Position numbers and translations under genes: made by a program. Under the pieces are notes generated by a model. The model saw only the letters and a program-made list of their open reading frames with translations, searched no databases and was not told the DNA's origin. A DNA stretch of 64,000 nt from Lingula anatina. Taxonomy: Eukaryota > Animalia > Brachiopoda. The stretch lies in NCBI GenBank assembly GCA_051362555.1, contig CM120647.1, positions 1,860,001 to 1,924,000 on the forward strand, written 5' to 3'. Of this stretch, positions 1 to 28,034 are shown one piece after another; the first letter of the stretch is position 1; every line of letters starts with the position of its first letter.

Positions 1-1283
1 AATAATTTTGTCATGCTTTTTCCTTCTTTACTAACAGAGTTGTTTCCATCCACAGTAATCACGTATTGCTCAGCTACGGCCAGCCCAGTTACAAACGTAT
101 CACTTTTATCATCAATCAGTCTTGCTTTGAAGGAATGCACACATTTTGCCTTTTCTAAAAAAACAGAATGTGGTACTGATCTTGGACTCAGAAGATTGTG
201 CAGAAAGTTCATAACACCCAGTCTAGATCTAGGACGCTGTGACTGTACTATCGCCTGTCCTGCCATGGCTTCAAGCCCGGGAGAGTGCACTGCTGATTTT
301 GGAATTGTTTCCTCTTCAGCGATTGGAGGTTTGAACTGCACTCCAACCTCTCCTAACATGGCTTCCAGGCCAGCAGCAGATATCTTACCAGGTCTGTAGG
401 ATATCTGTGCTGGTGTGTCTGGAGTTGACAATGGCATTTTCTCCATTGCTGTCAGTCTCTCTGTCAGAGCCTTAGTGTGAAGCATGATGTCAGAATCAGA
501 ACCATTTGTTATAAGTTCCTGGGCAAATCTGCAGGCACTTTGTAAAGAGGCATGGTGAAGTTCGAAGGTGTCCTTGTTTGCCTCCTGCATTTTTCTTATA
601 TCACAAGCAAAATTTACTTCTGATATCAGTCTTTGTGCTCTCTGCTCAACCAGTCTTTGAATAGATCGAGCCTGTCCTTTAATTATGTTGATGGTATCTT
701 CCGTATTGAACTCCTCCAATTCATTGGTCCTGTTCTTTGCAACTGCTTCTTTAAACATGTCCAGTTTTGTTTCACTTTTCTTAAGGACAGCTTTAATCTT
801 TTTTCGATTGCTATTCGCCACAAGCTCAACGGGCACGATACCATGCCTGTAATGCTCTTTAGGTACACAGTCACCACAAACAACGGCATCATCGTCTTCA
901 CAGTAGTATTTCAATTCATTTGTAGGATGCTTCTCACACGTACTTATCATTTCTGCAATGGCTTGTGTCACACCATGCACATCATTGTCTTTGATTGGGG
1001 ATGAGACTTCATGCTGCTGACGCTGACTGAGAAGATCTTTTGCCTTCTGAATCATATGATTCTTTTTCAGTGATAGTCCTTCTCTTGGAAATAGTAACTC
1101 TTCTCTACAAAGGGGACACAAAAATGTCCTGTCCTGAGAAACAGTACGCGTAGCATAGTCCCATATACAACCATAGCAAAATGTATGGTAGCAAGGCAGC
1201 ACACGAGGGTCGTCATACTCTCCCAGGCAGATGCTACATGTCAAAAGATTATCCGTGAAAGCTGCTGCCAATGCCTCGGCCAT
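1..1283 (-). CDS. TRIM-type E3 ligase (RING - B-box - coiled coil - probable beta-propeller), intronless within window, 3' end off the left edge
   Basis: Open frame from ATG at 1283 to the window edge (427 codons, no stop, so missing from the ORF track): MAEALAAAFTDNLLTCSICLGEYDDPRVLPCYHTFCYGCIW...FLCPLCRE (C3HC4 RING); CEKHPTNELKYYCEDDDAVVCGDCVPKEHYRH (B-box); helical segment; then ...FVTGLAVAEQYVITVD (NHL/propeller-like start, inferred). Confidence 0.9.
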   Translation of the reverse strand, partial: MAEALAAAFTDNLLTCSICLGEYDDPRVLPCYHTFCYGCIWDYATRTVSQDRTFLCPLCREELLFPREGLSLKKNHMIQKAKDLLSQRQQHEVSSPIKDNDVHGVTQAIAEMISTCEKHPTNELKYYCEDDDAVVCGDCVPKEHYRHGIVPVELVANSNRKKIKAVLKKSETKLDMFKEAVAKNRTNELEEFNTEDTINIIKGQARSIQRLVEQRAQRLISEVNFACDIRKMQEANKDTFELHHASLQSACRFAQELITNGSDSDIMLHTKALTERLTAMEKMPLSTPDTPAQISYRPGKISAAGLEAMLGEVGVQFKPPIAEEETIPKSAVHSPGLEAMAGQAIVQSQRPRSRLGVMNFLHNLLSPRSVPHSVFLEKAKCVHSFKARLIDDKSDTFVTGLAVAEQYVITVDGNNSVSKEGKSMTKL

Positions 1284-1356
1284 ATTGTCACATCAGAGTA
1301 CAATGCAATAATTCGCGATCTTTGAATAGTCCAATAGCCAAATGTATATGGCTTTC

Positions 1357-1390
1357 TTTATAGTGTGGTAGCATATGATCACGTGATTGG
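1357..1390 (-). promoter_or_regulatory. Putative TRIM core promoter: TATAAA, E-box and CCAAT
   Basis: tttata at 1357-1362 reads TATAAA on minus, ~75 bp upstream of the ATG; CACGTG at 1380-1385 next to attgg (CCAAT on minus) at 1386-1390. Confidence 0.45.
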
Positions 1391-1811
1391 GGCTTTGAAA
1401 TATTTGTGAAAACTGTACCATGTCACTAGAGATAGCATGCACTATATTTGATACGATTGTTAGTCTAAGTGGCCCTGTGCCTTGTACGTACTAGTACATA
1501 TGTACACGACGCAATGCAGGGGGCAACAGTTACTACTGCTTAGGTGATCGATAAACTTGTTGCCCCTCCTTGACATAGATCTGTCAAATCTCGGCCATTA
1601 TTTGTAATCATATGACATGTTTACATATATCTGGACAGTGATAAAACTCGTCTATTGTTTATAACCCCATGATGTGTTTGTCAGGTGAAGAGTCCAAAGA
1701 AATGCAGCACTTGTTACAGTAGGATTATTAATTAAAAATGTAATTTGTGTTGTATTCCGCTTCATAACATTTGAATTAGAGTGTAATCTTCAAATGGTAC
1801 ACGGAATATAC

Positions 1812-1814
<3 letters not shown>

Positions 1815-1875
<61 letters not shown>
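1815..1875. repeat. (TA)n microsatellite
   Basis: Perfect TA run of ~60 bp. Confidence 0.95.
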
Positions 1876-1877
<2 letters not shown>

Positions 1878-2995
1878 AAAGTTCTAGTCTAAATCTTCAA
1901 ATAATGACATATTGGCAAGGAATGTGAAGTTAACAGACCCAAAAGAAATTACTTGGGGCATCTGTAGTTAATGACAAGTACACTCCCAATATTTCACACT
2001 CACTCATTTCATTTTACCCTCACTCAAACTGAATACTGTCACACCGTATGGACTAGTTTGTTAACGTTATCAGGACACTATATTGTCAAACGATTATCAT
2101 GCTATAAGGCAGTATTACAAATAACAATAGCATCTAAATTAAGTTATACATTTTTGAAATAATTAACTTCACAACTGGCCTTTTGAAACGTACGTGCAGT
2201 GTATTTCATATTGAGGTGATTAGATTTATTTGGTCTAATTTCCGGAAATAATGTGCATAACCAAATTTTTATTGCTAGTGATCTTGATATTGGGTAATTA
2301 AAAAAAAAAATTAATCAGTTTCAGAAAGTTCCCTATGTTATCAGGTGTGTTACGAGTGTGGTATTAATCTTAACTGAAACTGATATTTATATTGACTGAT
2401 ATCTTAAATTCCTTTTACTAGAACATGTAAGAATTACACAAATTACCAAAATACGATTTTATTAGTCAAGTTGAAAGCAAATGAAGTTTTACATTACGAA
2501 GATGTGGTCAACTGTCAGAATATTCATTTCAGTGTGTCACTTTCACTACCACTGCAATTTTATTCTGACCATTAATTTTATTAGATCAAATTTATAAAGC
2601 AATTGTACATTTTGACGTATTACTGCAAATACAATATCTTTATTAATTCCTTCATATATTCTTAGATGACACTGATTTAATCTTTATGAATGGCATCTTC
2701 TGGAGTCCCCGAAACTAATGCGAACATAGAATGCTGATAAGTTAAGAATATTTAGCTGGAAACGCAAACTGAACCACAAGACCACAGCGTATCAAATAAA
2801 AAACACGTCTTTCTTCGCGCTAAGAACACTATAAAGAGTCTGCAGTCATCTGGTTATTCTCACTGTATCAAACTGCAGCTGTTGATTGAGTAAACTGTGA
2901 GTTAAAGAACCAAAATATTTGGGTTACACCTTATTAGTGCCCTCTGTATATCTTTTTACTAAGCAATTTTACATTACTCTGATGAAATGCATTAA

Positions 2996-3558
2996 AGGTC
3001 AGCCCCCACCTACCGCTACAATGAAATGTTTTGAATAACATTTTAACATATTTTGTTCTAAGATATATATACAAATATACAGACAGCATACGGGAAACAA
3101 GGCAGCAAAGCTGTTAAATTTTTAGACACGCAGAAAAAAGTGCAGGAAACAATGATTTGGCCTATTTTGATGCATTTTTACATAATGCTTTAAAACAGGA
3201 TAATCACTCATACTCTTTTAAATTATGAACAGACAACATGGACATTGAACTAGCAAGTGATTTATTTTCATTGGATATAAAAGCCACTACAAATGCTTAT
3301 GTGTGGAAAATAAAGTTTTCACAAAAAATAATAATTACTGTAAATGCACACTGATCATGCTGATTTTGGAAAGCAATCTGCCTCTTTACCAAACAAAGCT
3401 AATCAGCAATTTTAAAGTAAAACAAAAATACGGTTTTAGCAGTTATCACTCATCAGTCACTGTCTATTCTCTGATTTTTCATGTCAGTAGGGAGTTGTCC
3501 AATCCTCTTTGATGCTGTCAGGAAGTACTCTAAAGCTATCCTAATAATTGGGTAACCT
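2996..3558. mobile_element. Non-autonomous DNA transposon, Kolobok-like
   Basis: ttaa|aggtcagccc ... gggtaacct|ttaa: short imperfect TIRs flanked by TTAA on both sides; no coding capacity. Confidence 0.45.
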
Positions 3559-4509
3559 TTAACAAAGCAAGTGAGAAAATTAATGAAAAAATCATCAATA
3601 TTTCACAGTAAAACGATATAGCTATGCAGTATTCCACAGCAAAATGTTCTATGAACTCCCTTTTTAAACATGGTTTAACTCCACACAGTGCTTAAAATGT
3701 AAAATTTTGAAAATGTTGTACCTAAGAAATCTAGGTAGAAAAAAGTACCAAAAAGCAAAAACATTAAAGTCAAGCGCTTGTTAGCCATAACCCAAAGCCA
3801 CTCATGGCAGCAGGTTGGGCTTACTAGAGTCTGTCTTAACATACAACAACCATATTTTAACTCACCAGTTAACATTTCCTAATTGATAAAGTAATATTTA
3901 TCATGAAAGGTCCACACTGCTATTCTTCTCCATCTTTCTGAGAAGGTAGACATGTTTTTCACTTTGAGGAATCCAATATTTTTGCACAGTATTGAATACC
4001 ATCTACCTTGTAAAGGTTTGGTGGAATCTTCTTCACATATTTGTCAATTTGTCCTATTCCTAACTTTCCACACAACTCCGTAGTACTTCTACACCCTTTG
4101 GGGTTCATTGTATCTAATGTTTTTTTCCTTCATCAGACCAGACTGAAAACAATTATCTAGTATTCCACTGATAGCCATGATGGCGTTTCAAATCACAAGC
4201 AATGCAAAGCGATTTAAAAGGAGTCGTACATTTCTTTTGGTTTTGTATTAAATCATTCACTTTTTTATGAATGCAGTATCTGGCCTGCAATCCATACGTA
4301 CAGTAGGTAAGCCTTAACTAATCTATAACTATTCTCCCTACTGATATCTTGTGCATCAGCCATTAAGTTATCAACAACTTTTACAATCATTTCATGATCA
4401 GATTAACGCATTATACTACATCGACATGTAATAGTGATCTGATACCTCAATGCTTCTTAAATAATTCTGCCTGTTCTGTAATATAGGGACCATTCCCACA
4501 GATATTTGG

Positions 4510-4660
4510 ATCGATCTATCTCCCTGGGGATTATCACTAAATTGCTGTCAACTTGACCGGATTAAATGCCTGCCACGCCTAGTAAAGCTGTAAGGGGGCA
4601 ATAATCTTTACACCCTAGCTTATTCGTTAGGCTTGGCAGATATTTAAGCCGGTTAATAAA
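4510..4660. mobile_element. Palindromic MITE-like repeat, related to 8663-8845
   Basis: tcgatctatctc...cacgccta...taggcttggcagatatttaagccggttaa aligns with the 8663-8845 copy; internal inverted arms. Confidence 0.55.
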
Positions 4661-5327
4661 TAGACATATAGCTTAATTTTTATCAACAACACGACAGAAA
4701 TGGCTGTCGTACACATGTATAAATGCTTATGGGATGCCGAACAACCGTATCTTATCGTATCTTCAAGTTAAGGACGCAAACAACCAAACTATGACCTACT
4801 TGAAACTGTACTTTGTGTAGCAGACACTATAAAAATAGCAGCTGCAATGAACAAGTAACAATGACTCTTTGGTGATAGCAGACGGAGAAATTGCTTGTAG
4901 CGGAATAAGTTCCCTATATAAACGTACTGGTAGCTTTCAAGACCCCCGGGTAAGTTACATGATATATGTTTGTACAATGTATTGTGTCACGATCGAACAA
5001 AAATATACTTGTTAATTATCTTTGAAGTATCTTTGAAATGCCACTCCACTTCCCCCTTATCATAAGCAGTCCTGATAGCTTGCGTCTGGTTCTTACTGCT
5101 TGTGAGGACAGTAAAAAAGTCCTTGACACCCGTTAAAAGGGTATTTAACAAAAACGTTATACCCAACTACATAAAGACTATTTCCTGTATAATTTGCACT
5201 GTGTGTACATTGTATGGAGGAGACATTATATCACCTTCCGTGTCCGTGTCATAGTACATGTAGGTCATTTCATATATATGTCTGTACACTATAAAAACGT
5301 TTCCAATTCTAGTGCCTATTATAAAAA

Positions 5328-23296
<17,969 letters not shown>

Positions 23297-23457
23297 TAAC
23301 AGACAGGATATATTATTTGTAGATCTATGCAATTGAATCCAGATCACTTTTGGACCGTGATTTTCAATAAGTTTTGACGATGACAATGCTGCTTTTGTAT
23401 TTGCCTGCCAAGCATGTCAAATAATTTTATAATTAAATATATCATTCTGTTTAACAA

Positions 23458-23463
23458 AATAAA
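23458..23463 (+). terminator. Candidate polyadenylation signal of RTK1
   Basis: AATAAA ~160 nt after the stop codon. Confidence 0.4.
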
Positions 23464-24383
23464 TACTTCCATTCCTACCTCCCTCTAATTTGGATATTGG
23501 AGGCGGTCACCTAATTTTACCAAATATTTGCTGTCTCAACGCATGTGGCGCACAGTGTTCTTTAGGATCTGTATTATCACATGATGTGCATAGCATGTAA
23601 GAACAAAGTTGGCCCAAAGGGTGCGTGAAATCATGGACAAAGTAAATCATTTAATGATATTGAATATTTAATAATTGATGAGCATATTGTGAATCCAGTT
23701 AATTCTGCCAATAGGGAATTTAATAAAATAATGTCACATGGTGTACGTTTTCCGGCTTAGATACAAAACCCCAGACATTACTTGTGGCAATCTATTGGCG
23801 CTCCAGTAATGTCTTATGGACTGAATGCCTTACGTACTATGTCCAAGCGTCTAAAGATTATCGGTAAACTTCAAAACAGACAAATACCATTTAATGGGCC
23901 TAAGCCCTAGATCTCATGCCTCTCACCATTTACATATCCATAAGTTTCAAAAGCAATGGGTGAAAAGGCTGTCGGTTTAAAGTATTTAGTTCGTGTTTAT
24001 GTAGTGTGATATATTTAAATAAACATTGAAACTGGAATCAGATTTTCTCCCACATACTGTAGCATACTGTTGCCATTTTTGCCATTTCGACTGCATCGGT
24101 TTCCAAAATGCGATAGCTACATAGGAATAAATATAATACTGAAAAATGATGGTATTTATCAGTGTTATTTTCTGTTTTAACCTCTTCTGTGTATCGTGTA
24201 TTTTCAGCCTCTTGATGTCAAATATGTATCACTTTTTTCCGCATTGCTAAAGGGTTAAGATTTTAAACGTCTTAAATGAGATTGAAGGCTAAATAAACAA
24301 AGCAATTGGTCATTATTAAAATGAGTATTTAAAAAATAACTGCTTAAATCCCGTCGGCTTATCAAAATTCTTTAAAGTATTTG

Positions 24384-24671
24384 GGGCCATTTAGAATAAA
24401 TTATCCGAGTGCTTACAGATTCGTTAACTAAATATGGCTGGCCACAGTTCAAAAGCGATACCGCTAATTCCATGGTGGTCTCCCCGCCCCCACTCTCGCC
24501 GTCGCGGCAGGGGCCTAGCAATTAAACTTCGGAGCCAAGGTTTAATCCGTTAACGGCGCGTGTGGAGGCAGGGAGACCATCAGGAATCAGTGGCCTCGCT
24601 TTTTAAGTTTGGTCGGCCATATTTAGTCGGCGGATCAGTAAGTACTCGGATCATCTATTCTGAATGACACC
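24384..24671. mobile_element. MITE with ~120-bp imperfect inverted arms; partial relatives at 24770-24850, 30500-30590, 37200-37290 and 44300-44355
   Basis: Left arm ggggccatttagaataaattatccgagtgcttac...ggtctccccgccccca matches the reverse complement of right arm tggaggcagggagacc...gtaagtactcggatcatctattctgaatgacacc. Confidence 0.75.
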
Positions 24672-25203
24672 TTTGTCACAACTTGAGCGCATTCTGAACA
24701 AGTTGATCTGATTCTAATCGAACCATATACAGCCAAATTAATGTCGATTACTTAATGTGTACTATTCCGCCGATGGTCCCCCCGCCCTCACACGCGCCGT
24801 CCCTGAAGGGGCCTAGCAACTGCATATCAGAGCCGAGATTTAATCCGTTTTACATTTAAGCTTTTCGACAGCAGCCAAAACTGAACGCGTAAAAGATCCC
24901 CTACAAAAGGCTGAATCTGGTGCCACCTGCTCAAAGTTCCGGTTGCTGATGACGCTGTGCAAACGAAATTTTAATAGATTTTATTGCAAATTTACAGTTT
25001 TGTAATTCACACTTCTTGACGTATTGTCCTATTTCAAATTATTTTACTCCGAATATCCAAACTAAAATCCTCCTCGCCTGAATCTCGCCATAACTCTGAC
25101 AATCTGGGGAATTTTAAGAGGACTTAACCCATCTTTAGCGCTGGGTGTTTAAATTCAGCCATCCCCAAGAGCTACTGATTTGCCAGGAGGTCTAAAATGT
25201 GTT

Positions 25204-25243
25204 AATAATAATAATAATAATAATAATATTAATAATAATAATA

Positions 25244-25294
<51 letters not shown>

Positions 25295-25295
25295 T
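25204..25295. repeat. Inverted (AAT)n/(ATT)n triplet repeat
   Basis: aataat... switches to ...attatt at ~25246, giving a near-perfect palindrome. Confidence 0.9.
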
Positions 25296-25691
25296 TATAT
25301 TTTTTCGGCAATTATCTGATGAAATTTGATAAATGCTTTACTTTTCCTCAGATTAGAAAAATGAATTTATGAATAAAAAAGAAATCAAAAATTCAATTTT
25401 AATACCCTTTATTGCGTTTGTTGTTCATCAAGCCCTCGTCCACAAAAGCAATGTGAATTAAATTAAGCAAAGGGGAGGATAACACGTCTGATTGCTGATC
25501 TTAACTTTTTCCGAGTATGGATTCTTAAGATAAAATGCGTTTTCGATAAAGCTATACATAAGTTTATCTTTGTTACGTAAATGTGTGGGGTTTACTTTTT
25601 TTAGCTAGCGATGAAGCTCCTTAGAATCCAAATTATCTTCTTTGTTCCAAGTCATGATGGTGGATTCAGCTAGAACGATTTGTTTTCTTCT

Positions 25692-27849
25692 TTACACAGC
25701 CATTACGACATCTGTAAACTCCTCCTCGGAAATTTGATCAACCCTGAAACATAAGTTTAACTTCTATGTCATAAGTTAAAATACTGATGGATCTTTGAAG
25801 ATCTACTATAAAGATCTAATATGTAAACCAGGCATCCTGTTGTGGCGGCACATTGTGTAACTACCTATATATAATATGGAAATGAAAGATGAGACTGTGT
25901 TATTTAGTTTGAGTACAGATTTTCAAGAAAAGGCGTGCCCTTAAAGGAAAAGCCTAATTAATTGATATAGCCTGCATGGATACTTACATAATTACATGAT
26001 TATTTGAATGCAGTTTATCCATAAAATCTGTTATGGCGGCACAATGTTTCAATAAAATTTTATTTTGTAACCTTAAAGTATTATATTTGATCAAATGTCA
26101 TATTGAACCATGTTTCAACAAATACACACCCATATCAAATGTCCATTCTCCAGCCATTTTGTACCTTTTTGCTGTTTTTATAATATGTTTTCTGGGTGAC
26201 ATGTGATTCGGTTTCTACTTCAGATCATTTCAAACATTTTTAATGCAGCTGTAGCTTTGAAATTGCCAAAATTGAGAAATGCATTTTTTTAGATAGTTCA
26301 GTGGATCACTTGACTTTAACTGTACTGAAGAAAGTTACCCATACAGTGTTCACTTTGTAGATGCGTGTGAGTAAACGATATAAACATTTGAGATAGAGAC
26401 CCGTACATTGTGAACAGTTTCAGGGGTAATCCTAGAGAGGGGTAAGAAACGTCCATTGTTCTCGTCAGTGAGGCTAACCAAATTCAGGGTATGTACGCAC
26501 AGACAGAAAACTTAAGTATTGTGGGAACGTTACTAATGAAGCCACTGGTAGTACTAGTAGATATCAGTCTGTAGTCTTGAACAAGCACCTCCTTGACGAG
26601 TGAACAGTTGTCAAAAACAAAAGACCCAGGTGTGGTAGATCGACTACTGTTCGTGCGTGCCGCAAAGACCAAGCCTAATAGCCCCTCAAGATCACAAACT
26701 AATATCCGGTGCTGACGGTTAGGCTCGTCATAATCATATAAGTAGCGCGTTTCCACCCCCTGACAGTTTGAACAGATAGTGCCATCATACCTTTTTCTGT
26801 CCATGTCACTGAATACAGCTCTGGCATATGACACGTTGTCAACTGCTCTCTTTTTGTCACACGTGCAATAGGAGTACCTGTAATTAAATAGTACCGAAAG
26901 CAATGAGTCAGAAATGTCATTAGCGTTTTTTGAAGGATCTAAGCAGTACGTCTGCTAGGTAGTAACACACGGATTACTTTGTTCCATCAAGGATATTGTT
27001 GTCTAGAAAATTTTACCTTATTTTGAAACAACTGGCCAATAGATTTTGATACTCAAGAATCAATATGATCCAAATCGATGTGTTTCACTCTGCATTTTCA
27101 AGCAAGACCCAATACTTACAGAGAATCATATCTGTATACAGTGTTAACACAGTCCTCACTCTTTCTACAGCCACCTTGACAAGCACAACCGAAGATGTTA
27201 CACGATCCAACACCACAGTACGGAGTCCCCTGCAATAGGGTAAGTGAACTGTATGAGCGCTTTCCATCTCATTTACACGCGTAGAATCGATTATATAACA
27301 CGCGTTTAAATGTAGAGCTATGCTGTTGTTCACATCACACTCGGAAAGATTTTGAATTTATTGAATTTCTCATGACGAACGGAACAGCCAATGTCATTGG
27401 AAAAGCAGATTTCGATTCGCGTGCTTCAGATTTTGAAAACTTAGAGCAGACGAACGGCACTAAAAGCAGTACGTTCATGTTTGATGCAGTGCATCTGACA
27501 CTATTTTGGGATCAAACCAAGACTGTCGTCATAAGCAAGTTGCGCGAAAACCGCGTTAAACTAATGCACTTTCAGGATATCAGATACAGGATTATATAAG
27601 ATGCTTCCAATGTGACACACACAAATACACTCAACTTCTCAGGTTTTGTCTCAGTATACATGAAATTGTTTTAGTGACGTTTAATCTATGGTGAAAAATT
27701 AATATCACATTATGCGTTCATTGACGTACCATTTTGCAGTCGGCACAGTAATCGGAACGTACGATAATACAACAGACTGCCTGCCCAACTTCTACCATGC
27801 TTGCTGCAACAAAGACAGCAACTAGCAAAATGGCACTACAGCTCACCAT
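25692..27849 (-). CDS. Diedel-like secreted cysteine-rich protein, copy 1 (122 aa)
   Basis: Exons 27849-27730, 27229-27120, 26877-26791, 25743-25692 (369 nt, phases 0/2/2, GT-AG): MVSCSAILLVAVFVAASMVEVGQA-VCCIIVRSDYCADCKMGTPYCGVGSCNIFGCACQGGCRKSEDCVNTVYRYDSLYSYCTCD-KKR-AVDNVSYARAVFSDMDRKRVDQISEEEFTDVVMAV*. Upstream non-coding exon donor (gtgagt) near 27946; AATAAA on minus at 25408-25413. Confidence 0.85.
26421..26762. mobile_element. Non-autonomous TIR element (hAT/P-like ends) in the last intron of Diedel-like copy 1
   Basis: acagttt|caggggt...ccccctg|acagttt: CAGGGG TIRs and a 7-bp target duplication; the empty site (gaacagtttgaa) is present in copy 2. Confidence 0.8.
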
Positions 27850-28027
27850 GGCCTGAGATAGCTGAAAGAGTAATAGGAAATCAACAAGATGAAATTGTGC
27901 AACGACAAAATGACGTTTGTTCACTTCAAGACACTGTAATAACTCACCAGCTGAGTTGTTTGAGATTGGTTTGGTGAAACCGTGGCAACTCTATTTACAG
28001 CCTCTATAAATGTGCCTCTAGTCTCAG

Positions 28028-28034
28028 TGAGTCA
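28028..28034. promoter_or_regulatory. AP-1 site conserved in the proximal promoters of the Diedel-like genes
   Basis: TGAGTCA at 28028, 40142 and 46931, at the same position just upstream of the non-coding first exon; TTAGTCA at 33354 in the startless copy 2. Confidence 0.45.

Noticed and set aside
13-1004. ORFs 13..399 (+), 633..1004 (+) and 683..901 (-)
   Set aside because: Antisense or off-frame shadows of the minus-strand TRIM coding frame.
26484-26903. 139-aa ORF as a stand-alone gene
   Set aside because: Only 26877-26791 is an exon; the rest is read-through into the intron and a TIR insertion absent from the other copies.
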